Shown piece by piece: positions 41,001-56,000 of a stretch of DNA of 64,000 nucleotides (position 1 is the first letter of the stretch; each line of letters opens with the position of its first letter). The stretch covers positions 28,164,628 through 28,228,627 of the forward strand of contig OZ037767.1 in assembly GCA_964035545.1 (NCBI GenBank), in the 5' to 3' direction. The DNA is from Bugula neritina (taxonomy: Eukaryota; Animalia; Bryozoa). The notes beneath the pieces were generated by a model, which was not told the origin of the DNA, ran no database searches, and worked only from the letters and a program-made list of their open reading frames with translations. The translations under genes and the position numbers were made by a program.

Positions 41001-44000
41001 GCTGAACAAAGTGAGAACAACTCCCAACTGTTAAAGTAAATAGGATTCCCACTGACCTAGTAGATGGATCTCATCAATGATGACCAGAGTGACTTTCTGC
41101 ACGTAACTTCTATTCTGCCAGGACCTGCTCACTCCGTCCCACTTCTCGGGAGTCGTGACTATCAAGTCAGCTGCGGCTATAGCCTTCATATCCGGCGCAA
41201 TATCTCCCGTCATCTCAACCACTCTGCAGTTAAATTGTAAATGTGAATGCATGTGTCTTCAATATAACAGTAGGTGATTTCAGGTGGGCAGACTTTATTA
41301 CATGTGTTATTAATTTCATATGAAATGGCATAGTTTAATAGTGTAACATTTCATCTGACACTTCATTGGGTCATGAAGAAACTTGAGATTTTCAGATTGT
41401 CTTGTACTGTAAAATATATTCTAGCCCCAAAAATGTATAAAAGTATTTATTGAACTTGCAGGATGCATCTATGAGACACTTTAGTATTCCTATTTCCCAG
41501 AATTTAATTTTTAATTACTTTTTTTTCAATCAGTAAACTTCAAGTATTTTGGAGACGCATAGAATGCGCTACGTTGAAGGTGAGAGCTGGCATTTAGTAT
41601 CAGAGCCTCTGGTGTGAGCAGTCAGTGCACATGACAACAGCTTCAATTAACTTAAACTACGCCGCACAGAATATTCCAAGCTGAGAAGCTCATATCAATA
41701 TCAGCTCATTTTTATCACAGCTGAGAAAACCCCCGAACTGCAGGGCACGAATACAGACCTTTTTCCAAGACGTTGTTCAATACGGATTTTCCAGTCATCC
41801 ATTCTCTCTCTGACCAATGCCTTGAGGGGCGCTATATAGACAGCCTTCTGACCCGGGTACTGTCTGAACAGTCTAAATATAGCCATCTCTGCGGCCACTG
41901 TCTTCCCAGAACCTGTCGGAGCACCTGCAACCACCCACACAGCACTTCAGTATCTAACCACCCACACAGCAAGTCAGTATCTCACTGAATATGAGAGAAA
42001 CAACCTACATAGACACACGTAAAAACTTTACAGAGTAACAACTCAACCTATTTGTAAGTTTCTCACGTACTCTCCAGGTGACAGCTTCTCGATGCTAGCA
42101 CCTGGTGTTTTTCATATTAGTATCATCAAATAGGAAATACCTTAGATTATATGATAATTATATTAAATGTATAAACATGTAACTTTACGAATTTATACTT
42201 GTACAGTGCTGTGAAAAAGTTTAAGGACGCCTCCCTGTTTTCCATAATAGCAAAGTTTCAAGCTAATTTTAAGACATAACAAATGCATTTCCATAGGCAT
42301 GGTGCCTATCAAAATGATCCTTAAGATCTCCTTATTTCATTCATATAAATTATAAGTTTCTCTTTTTACATCCTCCAAAAATTTGGGTGAAACAATGAGA
42401 TACTATGCATATATGGGAATTATTCAATGTTCTCACAATTTGTGTGTACTGCAGTAGGACATCAGAATATTTTACTTGAAACATAGAAAAATATTATATG
42501 TGGATTGTTATACACATTATAGCAGCATTGCAACACACAGTGCTTTAAATTTTAGTATCAGTGTTTTGTTGGCCAGCCTTTATTCTCAATCACAAGTCGG
42601 CAGCGACGAGGCATCAACTCGTACAGCTTCTCCAACTCGTTTTCAGTCACGACATGATGCCATGCCTGAATTACAGGCTCTATGAGTGTCACCTTAGTTG
42701 TTGGCTTCTGTGAAGAGACTATTTTAGCCATTGTTGACCATGAATTTCTTATTGGGTTCAAGTTCCGGCTTTGTGCTGGCCAGTTAGGCGTTGAGACCCT
42801 CTGCTTTTTCATCCACTTTTTAACAGTTTTTGCCCAATGGCATGGTGCATTGTCATCTTCAATAATGTTAATTTCATTTAAAAAGAAGTTTTTTATGATT
42901 GGAAGATGTTTAGCATTGAGATTCTCCATATATTTTTGAGCATTAACATCATTCCAGAGCAATTACTGAGTCGACCTACACTTTTTGATGTCATACAACC
43001 CCAGAACATAACACCGATAGGGTGCTTAATTGTTCGAAGAATACATTAGGGGTTATATTCCTCATACTGGTATCTTCTAACAAAACAGTTTCCAGCATGA
43101 TTGTTTACATTAAATGTGGATGCATCTGAAAAAAATACTTTTTTTTCTAATCATTCACTGTCTAATTACTAGGCTCCCTGGCCCACTGTAACCGGCTTTT
43201 TTGCTGCTTCTCGGTTGGTTGAGGCTTCCTCTTGCTTTGCGGCCATGTAAACCATGGCTCAGCAATCTTGCCTTATCAGGGATGTCGAAGCTGGTGTTCC
43301 TGTTGATTCTGTCTATTCCTTGCCTACTCAAGACTTGTTTTACGGCAATCTTTCTTGCTGATTCCAATGAGAACCTTGTCATCTCTAGGTGTGCTTATTT
43401 TTGGTCGGCCATTTTCAGGTCCATCTACTGCACTACCAGTGTCCATAAACTTCTTGATAATTTGATGTACAGTTGTCTTTACTTTGCCAACCTTTTCAGA
43501 TAATTTCCTAATTGAATAACCTTCTTTGTGCAAGAAAATTATTACAAACTATGCCTCTGAAGGAAGATTTACAGCTCTCATTTAGTCTATGCGCAGCGCC
43601 CAAGTGGACACCATGTAAAAGCTCACAACTAAATGACATTTTTCAAATTATAAAAGGAAGTCATACTTTATGATATCATGATGCCATGCACAAAATCAAA
43701 TTTCACTATTTAGCCTTTTGTGGTTATAAAAGTCAATAAACTTTGGTTACATAAAAATACAGGAGTTGCGCTTTCCTAGCTGTTTGTGCAGTTGGCCTAA
43801 AAATGAGTAGAAAACATCACAACAGCAGGAATTTAGAAGGTGGAAATTGTAGAGCACATTCTAAGGGTCATTTTGATATATAGAACTTGCAGGAATATAT
43901 TAGGAACTTACAAGAAATGCCTATTAAACAAGATACATAGAAATTTCTGCAAGCATCCTTAAACTTTTTCACATCACTGTATATATGTAAATGTATCTAC

Positions 44001-47000
44001 ATACAATATATCCACATGTGTGGGTAACAAAGATATCACAGTGAAGGCCATCATTTGGGTTAATAATACAATTTCTAAACATGTTCAGTCACCTTGTTTT
44101 TGATAAATTAGTAAAACAGTATATTTTAGAGAAGACAACTCCAGAGTATCACAACTGACTGCTATAAATACCCACCGAGTAAGACGTTGCTGTCTGTGTG
44201 GTAGATGGTGTGGAATATCTGAGTCTGTACAGGGTTGAAGTGACTAAACTTGTAGAGGGCGGCTAGGTTCATGTCCCCTAATGCTGTCACAGGCAATGGT
44301 CTTAAGTCTAGCAAATCTATAAATGAGAGACTGACAAGAGTGATAGAGAGTATAGTTTAGGTTCAAAGTACTTGGATTAAACATGCTGTTTTGTAGTCAA
44401 CTTACTTCGGCAAATGCATTTTGTTGCAACATCATAGAAACAAGCTTGGCACATATATTATATATTTACCAAATAATTTAGACGTATAAAAAATATCTGG
44501 GCATTTAAAAAAACTCAATATAACACAAGCAGCACTAAAAAGCTGTCAAATTTATATTGCAAGCTAAGGAAGTGTTTCACAACATGGAAATTTCAGGTAA
44601 ATAAAACCATGAAAGACATAATAATCTGTCAGCTTGAGTTAAGAGACTATAAGACACATTCTTATATCACATTATTATGCTACACAGCCACCGTATGGCA
44701 GGAGAGGTAACAACCAGTAGATGAAGCTGTAAGGTTTCCCAAAACCTAGATCAAGATCCTACCTGTGTGAGGGGGGTGTCTTTCTGGGAGTATCAGGTGT
44801 TGGAAAGAGACAGCAAACATGTTATCAGAGCCAAGCCACCTATCTGAGGCACAGCGCACGTAGTACTGACTGGGCAGGGGCTCGTGGATGGGTATAGTGA
44901 ACACTAGACTTATCTCCTCTTTGCGCACAGCCTATGTGACATACATTGTGCAATGTACAGCAGAGCCGAGCCAACTGACAACCATTTAATTTAACGATTC
45001 ACATTTTTACAAGGAAAATAATTGTTATATAAAAAAGGAAATTAGAAGAGTTGTCTCAACAAGAAATTATAATAAACATAAAGCATCGCTCAGGCCAGTT
45101 AGACAAAGCTACCTGCTTCTTCAGCAAAGTGAAATATTCGTAGTGGTAGATGACGTTGCTATTAGGATCTTCTACCCAAATCCAGAAGGACTCGGCGATG
45201 TTACCATGGATTCTATCATTCCAGTCAAAGTCAGTCACAATTGTCAGCTTCATTCTCAGAACTAAATACAAACTTAACTTGTTAATGAAGGGTTGCACAA
45301 TCTGTTCCGCTATAAAATAAGTGTATTTCTGCGAATAAGCAGAATTGCTTTTTAATATTACCACCCAGTTGTAATCCTAAGTCTCTGTGTGCTGCGAGCC
45401 TTGCTTCAGACAATGCTAATAAAGTATTGCATAAGAGTAATGCGGCTGAATGGGAAAATAAACTTAGATTTCTCAAATGAGAGTCCTAGACTTCAGTACT
45501 AGGCCACTCCCATTCTCTCCAGGTCACTACTGTTCTCTCCAGCTTTACCAAATAGACTGTGAGAAACTTCAAGTGAAATACTCTTCATGTCTTGGCAAAT
45601 ATACGGCCTTTTTAATAGTTGTTTAGAAAATGGTCAGAATAGTGGTTAGAGATTTGGTTTCTATCTTGTCAAATTGCTAACAAACTAAATAGGCATTACA
45701 TTTTTATAATGTGATGAAACGCCCGAGCAAGACTAACCTGATCTTGTGATAGGTTGTACAGAAGCTTCAATATTCAGAGAAGGAATAGAGTGGGCAAACT
45801 TCTTAATGGTGGATCCCATCTTCACATGCCTCACCATGTGACCTGGTACATAAAAAAATTACATGAACTTATAGTAACCATGTGACCATATACTCGTCAT
45901 AAAGCTATTGAGTAACTTCACAAGGTAAAATGAAACCGTGTTTTATAGTTAGCCACGTTAAGAGCTAATATTCAAACAGCTGTTTTAGAGTGTTCTAAAG
46001 AGAAGAGTCTCCTAATGTTACAGTTACAAATGTTGCATCAGAGCCAAACATTTCTAAAAAAACTTCTGGAATTCATCTTTAAAAAGTGTAATTGGTATAC
46101 AACTTTTCATTAAAATAAAAGAATTAAAGATTACCAATGTCATTGCTATCCATTTCTTTAAGTCGGTCCAAACTCAAGTCAAACTGCTCCAGTTTGTTTA
46201 GAATCTCAGGCCTCAACTCATTGAACTGTCTTAACGGGTGCTCAAAGTCCCAGAGTTGATGCTCTATGACCTTGCTCAAGGTCAGTAGTCTACCAGTCAT
46301 CACACTCCAACCTTTACGGAGGACAATCTCAAACAGCGCCCTCACGATACGGCCAGCGTTCTACAATATCACATTATAATAAGGTTATCCAGAGATTGCA
46401 CAGAGATTCACCTACTCTACACCAACTAATCTACCCTACACTTACTAACCTACCCTACACCTACTCTACAGTTAGGAGACAACTAACTACTGCTTTTAAA
46501 TATAAAATATAAGTTTAAACATCACAGTGTATCACGAGACATATTCATACAATGTGCTTACACTATGAGGTAACACTAAGAATACATAATTCTTGTAGTT
46601 GAAACTATGCGAGGGCCATGCTCAACAAGAATCATATTCACAGCAAGTAACTAGTCAAATATATTCTTATACAAAACAATCACTTAATAATACTAATTAC
46701 TCTATAATTTTAAACCTAATCACATATATTAGTAACACGCAACACACCTGGGCCACATAGGACATGTCTGATACCAACGAGAAATTCTCCACCAGCTGTT
46801 TACCGATATACGTCTGCAAGAGGATGTTGACCTTGCCCTCAGTACTCTCCGAGCCTCCGCTGACGGGCAGGTAGCAGTCATCAAACATGTGTCTGTCCAG
46901 TTCCTGCAATTCTTCGTCTCGTACCTGCAGTCAGCAGCCACAACACAGTAACTTACCTACGTACAGTAACTTACATACGTACAGTAACTTACATACGTAC

Positions 47001-50000
47001 AGTAACTTACATACGTACAGTAACTTACATACGTACAGTAACTTACATACGTACAGTAACTTACATACGTACAGTAACTCACATACGTACAGTAACTTAC
47101 ATACGTACAGTAACTCACATACGTACAGTAACTTACATACATACAGTAACTTACGTACGTACAGTAACTCACATACGTACAGTAGCTTACATACGTACAG
47201 TAACTTACATACATACAGTAACTTACATACGTACAGTAACTTACACATGTACTTATATTACATTAACTTCAGTAACTTACATGTATACACTACATTACAC
47301 ATACATACATTACACTTACATACACGCATTGTATTCCCTAACACATGTACTATATTAAACTAAATACAGACTCGTATTATAAAACTTGTATTATAAAGTT
47401 GACGTTGCATGACAATTGAAGTTAACGACAGGCACTACGAAAGTTACATCAGGATAACGCTGACACTTTGTGCATTTAATACACTGATTAGATAGACATG
47501 ACACATAAAGAGTTAATATTGCTTTGAATATACAAGAGAAGTCCTTGGCTACTTCATGGCTGTCGCTACCACAGCCACTGTAGGCTGACTCACCTTTAGC
47601 TGCTGGAACTCTTGAGCATGGGACACCATTTTCAGTATTGCAGGTTGCTGCATAAATGTACTCAAGTTCTCATTTATCACCTGCAAAGAGAATGTTCTGG
47701 ACACTGAAACTATTAGCTCACGGTCTCATTTAAAATTAGCTAAACGATTTAGAATCTCATAAAAAGCCACACTGTAGTTTTTTTATGAGAATGAAAACCT
47801 CTAGCTGATTTTGCTGCTCAACTACAGTAATATCAGGAAATTGCTACCATAAACTTGGCTAAATGCATAAATTATTGTAGTTGCTATGTTGTATTTTGCA
47901 CACATATCAAGTAGATTTGAACTCTGTAGTTTTATATCTCCCACATGACACTACATTGATGCACAGCTGCTCAGTGGATGGGATACGTTACATGCAAATA
48001 ATACACTAGGTTTACTACAAGTATCGCAACTCCTACACATCATTGGAATACCCACTGACCTCCACAGTGTCATATTTGATATAGTAGTGACTAGACGTTC
48101 TCCCGAGGTCCGTAGCATAAAAGTAGCCTTGCCTCTCGTCAAACCGAATCATCTGAGCCTTGTCTAACTTCTTGCCGGCCTGTATACACAACTTACGCCT
48201 GTGTCCTTCCAGGTTCGGATCATTCTACAACGGAGATAGCAGTTTCCTACTTTCCTATTTCCTACTACACAGCGAGTGTAGCCTCAGGTTTGTGCATATA
48301 TGCGAATACACAATGAATATTTCCGTGGTGCTAGTTTACATAGCAAATGTAACCTCAATTTATTACATGCATTCTAATACATAGTGAGTCTTGACAGACG
48401 CTAAACTTCAAAAGATAATCGCATCACTATTGGTGCAGTATTCTACAAACTGTTTGCAGTTACAGGAGCTTTCTGCTCTATTTATCAAAAGCAAAAGTTT
48501 AGTATCACACAAAGTACAAACATTCATGAGAAGACAACTTCTATCAACACACCATTTGGATTATAACACGTTTTGCATAGCACAATGTAATGTATAGATG
48601 TTCAGTGAGTGTGAAGGATGCATATACAATCCTCAGGCAAAGCATTAATTGAGGAGGCGTACACTTAGCTGCCCGTAAGTTATTCCGTAGACTAGGGGGT
48701 TGTATCTCATTCTAACAAACATGTAGGTGTAGCTGAGCCACTGCACGGCCTCCTCCAGGTTGGTCACAGTTCCCAGACAGATCTGGCAAGGAGTTGAGAA
48801 CAATATTGCCAACTATGTGCAGTGCAAAAAGTAAGTCATGGTATATTGTTGCATGCCTTCGGCATTCACACAACAAACGAAATCATATTGGTACTTTGTA
48901 TAATTTGTAGACTTGCAAGTATGACAGTTGTTCCCCAAGTTAGACAAACTTCAAAAAAAGCTAGGCAGATAGATGCAGTCTGTATAAAATCTACCACTTT
49001 AGAGTTTAGTACATGTTTAGATACGAAATATTTTAATACAATCAACTTTAAATAACAGATTTCCATGAGCAAACTTTTATCAAAAATGTTTCTGTTTGGT
49101 TTAAAAGACTTTTGCTCCAATGCTTTTGGCAACCATAAGCAAACATAAAAGGTCCTGTGTTTTACCTCAGCATTGAGGTTGTCCGTCAACCCCACCTCAA
49201 ACTGACTCTCAATGGGGTTCTGTTGGGTGAGCAGGCTAAGGTAATGAGAGAGCTTGTCATAAGTGGTGATGATAGTACCGTGTCCGTATTCATCAAACTG
49301 GGGTCTGCCGGCTCTACCAAATATCTGCTGTATGTCGAGAATTCCCAGGTCGACAAACATACCCTTCTTGGCATCATAAATATCTGTACCCTGCAATACA
49401 CAGTAAATGATTCTGCCATACCTTACAATACACAGTAAATCACCTTATCATATCTCACAACACATTACTTGTTCATACCTAAACATAGCAAATCATCTTT
49501 TCTTAGCCCAAGTATACAGTATATTATAGTATACTAAATACCTGCCCTTGCCCTATAATACACAGCATATGACACACTCATATACTAAATGCACACAGAC
49601 TACACCTTGTTTGTTTTTTACATAATGTTTCACATTTATTGAAAACAACATACATGTTTACAATTTGCACAATCTCACACAAGAATGTCAGTTACATCAT
49701 AGCATGTTTAGACTGTGTACCTTGATAATAACAGCATGGGCGGGTAGATTCACTCCCCAAGCCAACGTGGCTGTACAAATGAGACACTTGATGTACCCTT
49801 CAGAGAAGTATTTCTCTACCAGATTCCTGTCCTGCCTCAGCATGCCGGCATGGTGAATGCCCAGTCTGTGGAATCAGGTGACAATAAACCAATACATTCG
49901 CATAGTGAAGAAGGGATAATAGAAATTGTGAACAATATAATAAAACTGTAAGATAACTTAGAGCAGCAGCTAAGAGTTCACAATAATTAAAGGGTGAGAT

Positions 50001-53000
50001 GCTGCTAAAAAAATCCATTCTATTAAATGCAGTAGATTTCTTTATACACGGAGAGAACTGGTGAAATAAGCACATTTCATCACCATAGGATGAGGGCATC
50101 TTGACAATAAAGAAAGCTTAAAAACCAATCAACAATATTGTCACTAGTAAATTAAAGCAGCTGTTAAAAAGAATTTCTATCCCTGGTTACCAGAATAAAG
50201 TTAGTAAGCATATTTATTAGATACATAGTGTATAATTGCAAACTAAGATTTTGCCCATTAGTAGAGTAGAAAGATTTTACCCACCACTAGACGGAGAACC
50301 AATGTTTTACTCTTTAGCAGAAAGCAAATTAAGGTTTTACTCTTTAGCAGAATGCAAATTAAGGTTTTACTCTTTAGCAGAATGCAAATTAAGGTTTTAC
50401 CCGTCAGCAAACAACTCCTTGAGCTGCTTGTTCCGACTCCTGCCCACAGATTTCAAGGCGTCGCCATATCCTGCAGTCTGCTCCGGCTTGAAGTAACTTG
50501 TGTCCCCATGCTGCTTGGCGCTCTCTCTCAGCGACATACCTGTGCGTACAGTCTCATTCCTCGCGTGGACAAACACCATCACCTGTTCCCCATTGCGCAC
50601 CTGCTCTATCACTTTCTCGTAGCAGATCTAGCAACATATAGTCAGCATAATATTAAACCACCAACATCTTAGAAGACCAATTTGTTTAATTTTGATAAAA
50701 CTTACATATCATAGACTAACTTAAAAACACTTAATTTTTATGATGTATATATGCTCATGGTTAGTTGGTATTCAAGACCAGTGATGAGCATTGCATCTAA
50801 TTTTTCCAAAATTAGAAAACACAGACACCATTTAACAAACCTAATAGTTATATATACAGTATAACTTGAGGTTTATTTGCAAATTTAAAACTTTGCATAA
50901 CTCTATTTATATAGTACTCCTTCAGGAAGCAACAATATCATTAATAGGCCATGCTGCACATTCCATGCAGCATATTTACTATAGTAAAGCAGCCGGGAGT
51001 TTTAATGAGACACTATAGATGCAGCAGCAAGTGGAGAGGCAGCATTCCTCACCTCATTCATATCAGCCAGACGCTGTATTCGGTTGAGTGTCTTAATTCC
51101 AACAAAGGTCATTCCCAGCGGTACGGGGCGAAATCTCCCGTCAAAAAAGAATAGCCCGAGAAATGGATTCACACGAAGAAACTTAGCTACATCCATATAG
51201 TTGGGGAGGGTAGCAGAAAGTCCAACAATCCTAATCATGCTTTGGCTAGATTCCACCTGTCAGAGTATTAGAATTCAAATCACAACCAGTATAAAATACC
51301 AACTGGCATGTATAATTTATAGAAAAGCAATCAAACTATAATCGAAAAACGAGCACATGTAAAAACTTTCCATAGCCTTTACAGAAGCCTATCAGCAGAT
51401 AGCAAAGTTAAGATTTAAATATTGTACAACTTTTATCTCAAATTGTATCCAATGAAGAAAAAAAATTTTTTAAGCATACAACCAAAATATAGACTGAAGA
51501 CCACAGACCTGTCTGAGGGTACGTGCAACTAGCGTCTCTATCACAGATCCTCTGTCCTCATGCAATAAATGAACTTCATCTATGATGAGCAACTTGACTA
51601 GCTGTACCAGAGCCACATCGCCAGATGACTTCCTGGTGACTACATCCCATTTCTCCGGCGTGGTTACCAGCATCTGTATTCATAACCAACATGCTTGTAG
51701 TCTGTACTCACATATACACTTTGAGTAGGTCATCGTATATTAGTGTATACCTTCGATATTCACACAGTGTACAGCTTTGTGTAGTTTGTGTTGGTAGAAT
51801 TGCAAGTACCCTTTAAATTATTTGTGGTAAATATTACATCATAATTATATCACTCAACACCACAATCATTGCTGCTCAAGTTGCCACTACTTACATATTT
51901 ACTCCACGACTTACCTCATTATCACCATCACTAACTTGATACAACACTACTATGTACAACTACTGGAACACTTTATATCACGCTGGCACACCATAGAACA
52001 TCATAATACTATATGTGTGTGTACCTGCGTCTTGAGGATTTCCTGTTTGGTTAGTGACATGTCACCAGTCAGCTCCTTCACCAACACACCCAGAGGCTCC
52101 AGACGCTTACCAAAGTTTCTTACCATCTCCGCTGCCAAAGCTTTCATCGGTGCCACATAAACAATCTGTAAAATAAATTTACGTTAACACAAAAGAAATA
52201 ATAAAAGTGTAAGACATACAAGTATCAGCAGAAACAAAAATCGTACCTGTTCTTTCAAGAGCGTAAAGCTTTACAACAGAATGAGAAAAACCCGATTACC
52301 TTAAACTTGTCTTTGCGTATGACTCCATCTTCTATATGCTGGTGTATAGTGTGCAGGATGGTGAGCATAGCAATGTTGGTCTTACCAGCTCCGGTAGGGG
52401 CACAGATCAGCAAGTTCTCGTTTGTCTTGTAAGCAGTGTCAAACACCACACTCTGTATTCGGTTCAGAGATTTAGTGTTGGAGAAGGCCAGCTGAGCTAT
52501 CTGCAATACAACATATCATCCGCTATATTGTAACAGCTAACCACTCCACCATAAGTGAGAGTATAAGATATACAGGAGTGGAATCTGAATTCCTGGGTCT
52601 TCTACAAAATCAGTCATACCATTAGTCATATCATTAGTCACACTACCAGTTACACTATCAGTCACACTATCAGTTACACTATCAGTCACACCATCAATCA
52701 TACCATTAGTCACACTATCAGTGACACTATCAGTTACGCAGCTACACTCTTCATCAGACTGAGGTCATAAGTATTTGTGAGTTGTGCTGCCGATTAATGC
52801 AGGTTTTAAACTGCAAACTTCTTACAACTACAACTTGCAATGCCTCATCATACTTTCAATATATGTTGATTAGTCATTGAGATTATTCACAAGCTATCTG
52901 CGGTTGGAAACAAGGAACTTAGAAGTATGAAAATGCTAGACATTAGAATGAGAACTGAACTCACCTGATCTAAAGAGGATATCATCACTCGGTTTTGGCC

Positions 53001-56000
53001 AATGCTAACTGGTGCCTTCGCTGTGGGTGGCATATTCACCTCCTCAAACATCTTGTTACCATTCTTTGTAAAGCCCTCAGGCAATGCAAGCTAATAATAT
53101 TACTTAATGCAATACAAGAATCATCTTCATGAATAAATGTGATGACATCATATCAAAGTTTCTATCAAAAAGTGTACTTTATAAGCAAATATATTCTAAT
53201 GCTTAACGGTGGCATTGTTTCGAGACAGTTTTGTTATTTGTTTAAATATTTTCTTAAAAGTAATACGCATCGTTAACAAACTCAAAATATATTTTAAATA
53301 TATTAATATATACGAATAGTATAGAGCATAGCTTGGTGTTACCAACTCATTCAGAGAATACTGTCACATTCATTACACGAAAAACAATTCTACATAAAAA
53401 GAAATTAAAATTTCTTGTTAGCCTTTAGTTAGCAGACAAACACATACTTTAGCACCCCCAACAAAAGCCGACGACTGTTTAGCCTTTGCTAAAGAATCGT
53501 ACACATTAGGATAGACAACAGTCTGATCTCTTATGGTCCCTGAGAAAACTGGACGGGTAGCTGCAGTCAGGAGTTGTTCTTCCCTGTAAGATAAACCCAG
53601 CATTGTACTTGTTACAATCTAAACATATAGATTAATATAAAATAAGCAAGTAATAACACAGATAACATGTATAGATAAAATATATCATTACAAAATAGAA
53701 AGTAACAAGAAAAATTAATGTTGAGGACACAACTCTAGTGGAAGTAAACATTTTACAGTGATTAGATGCATAATTAGCAAAATGCATGAGTCCATAGTAA
53801 AAACTAAATAGTATGTAACATCATTCAAAGAAACATGGAGTTGCCCAGACCAGTAATGTACTTTATATACACCCAATAATAACCTAAGAGTTAAACCTTC
53901 TGCACCAAAAGATATATATGTGCTTAGCAAATGTAAAGTAATAGCATAACTTATGGCAATAATATTCTCTGATTTGCAAACAGTGATTACAAACTAAAAC
54001 TAGCATGCACAAAAAACGCACAAATATATAAAGGGAAAAAAATTAAAATCTTAGTCTCGAAATTTTAAAGTTAGCATTTAATAAACATAGGACAGCTGAC
54101 CATGAATTTAGGCAAATTCAACACTGAGTTTACTGCTGACTCAAGCTACAGTTCATCTGCTGCATATGTCGAGTGTTGCGGCCTGTGTAGGTGGAGACAA
54201 CCTCCTACCTGACGGCCTTGAGGTACTCCACATCCAGTTCTATCCCGGAGGACTGAGGGGAGTCAACTCCTGAGGATTTCTCTAACTTCCTGTTTAGTTT
54301 CTTCTCTTCCTTCCTAATTTCTCTTATCAAATTCTTCTCACTCTCCGACTGGAAAGGTAATATCTGCTGTTAGTTCACTAATTCAATACATACACAGGAG
54401 TGCCAATTTTTCACTACTTATATACCCACCTACTTAGTTACCTACTAACTTACTTACCCACCTACTTGCTTACTTACCCACCTCCTTAGTCACCTACTAA
54501 GTCACTTACCCACCTACTTACCCACCTACTTAGTCACCTACTAAGTCACTTACCCACCTACTTACTTACTTACCCACCTACTTAGTTACTTACCCACCTA
54601 CTTACTTACTTACCCACCTACTTAGTTACTTACCCACCTACTTAGTTACCTAATAACTTACTTATAATCCGATTACTCACTCACAAATACATATATGCAA
54701 TTTTATTTTTCTAACTGACCACCACTTAACGAAGGACGCTATTGTAGAATCTACAGCATATCTAAAAGACATCAACTTTCTCAAAGAATTCACTGGTTGC
54801 ATGCACACCTGTCTGACTGATATATACAATCTTAGTCAGAAAATGTCACCTGTATGGTAACCTGAGCTCCATAGTTGGGTTTCACTTCTACATCGCGAGG
54901 AAATAGGGACACAGCAGACGCCCCCATAGCTGATGGGCTCTGCAACATGACTTGGACAATGTCACGCCTCTTTGTCAGCAGATCTTGTATAAACTCAAAC
55001 TGATCAAATCCCAGCAGGTCAAACAACTGCAATAAAGTTGAATGCAAAACATTTCAAGTGAAAAACATTTTAAAAACTAAAGCTAACATCAGAGCTGCAA
55101 CATATTAACTTACAAATTTGAATTGCAGCATAAAATTATTAAATATTAAACCCACATATTTCTAATGACTGAGTTCTTTCCCTCAATTTATACATAGCAT
55201 TTGGTTTCCACCTTCAGTAAAAAGAAAGGTTTATTTCAAGAGCAGTTCGTGTTAAGAAATAAAAAGCATATTCAGTAAATGCTAACCTCATTCTGTATCT
55301 GATCATCAGTATGAACAGAGCAGAGAATATCAAACACTGTAGTGCACATGTCCTGAGTTGACAACCCAGAAGAGCCAGGCAACCGTCTCTCTAGCTCAGA
55401 CTTCAACCAACCAGCTTCCAGTGACTTTTTTTGCACGACTGAAAATACATTAGTAATGACCAAACAAAAGTACATATAAAAAGACTGAAATAATTGTCAG
55501 GAAATTAATATTAATGTTGAATACAATAACTCATAATACAGCTTAGCAGATGCTATTAGGTAAAATTTGGGGTGAAATAAAGGCAATATATGTTATGATA
55601 ACAAATGAGAGAGTAGAAGGAGGTTTGGTACCCGGAGCTGGTGCCGGAGGTCGGTATGTGATGTCCAGACTCTTGTGTTTTCTCTTCCAACTATCGGGCA
55701 GTTTCACCTGACTGAAGTCTTTGAATATGGCAGGATTTATTTTAATCTTTGCACCGAATGGTACAGTGACTTTGCCTTCACCTTTCCTTGCTAGTAGATT
55801 CAAAGTCTCATCATCTAGCAAGCTGACAATTCTACAACACATAAAAATACCATAGCACTGTTAAATAAATATACATAGCCATCAGTGAACAGTATCGCCT
55901 GTTATTTATGTTAATTTTCTTAGTGTGATGGTCAACTTCCTGAATAACTTTGAAATTTAAAACAAATTACAAGAAATAGAGTCTAAGTAAGAATCAATAT

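Noticed and set aside
46887-47363. Repetitive ORFs (YSNLHT, CKLLYV, YVSYCT)
   Set aside because: Translations of the intronic 18-bp minisatellite.
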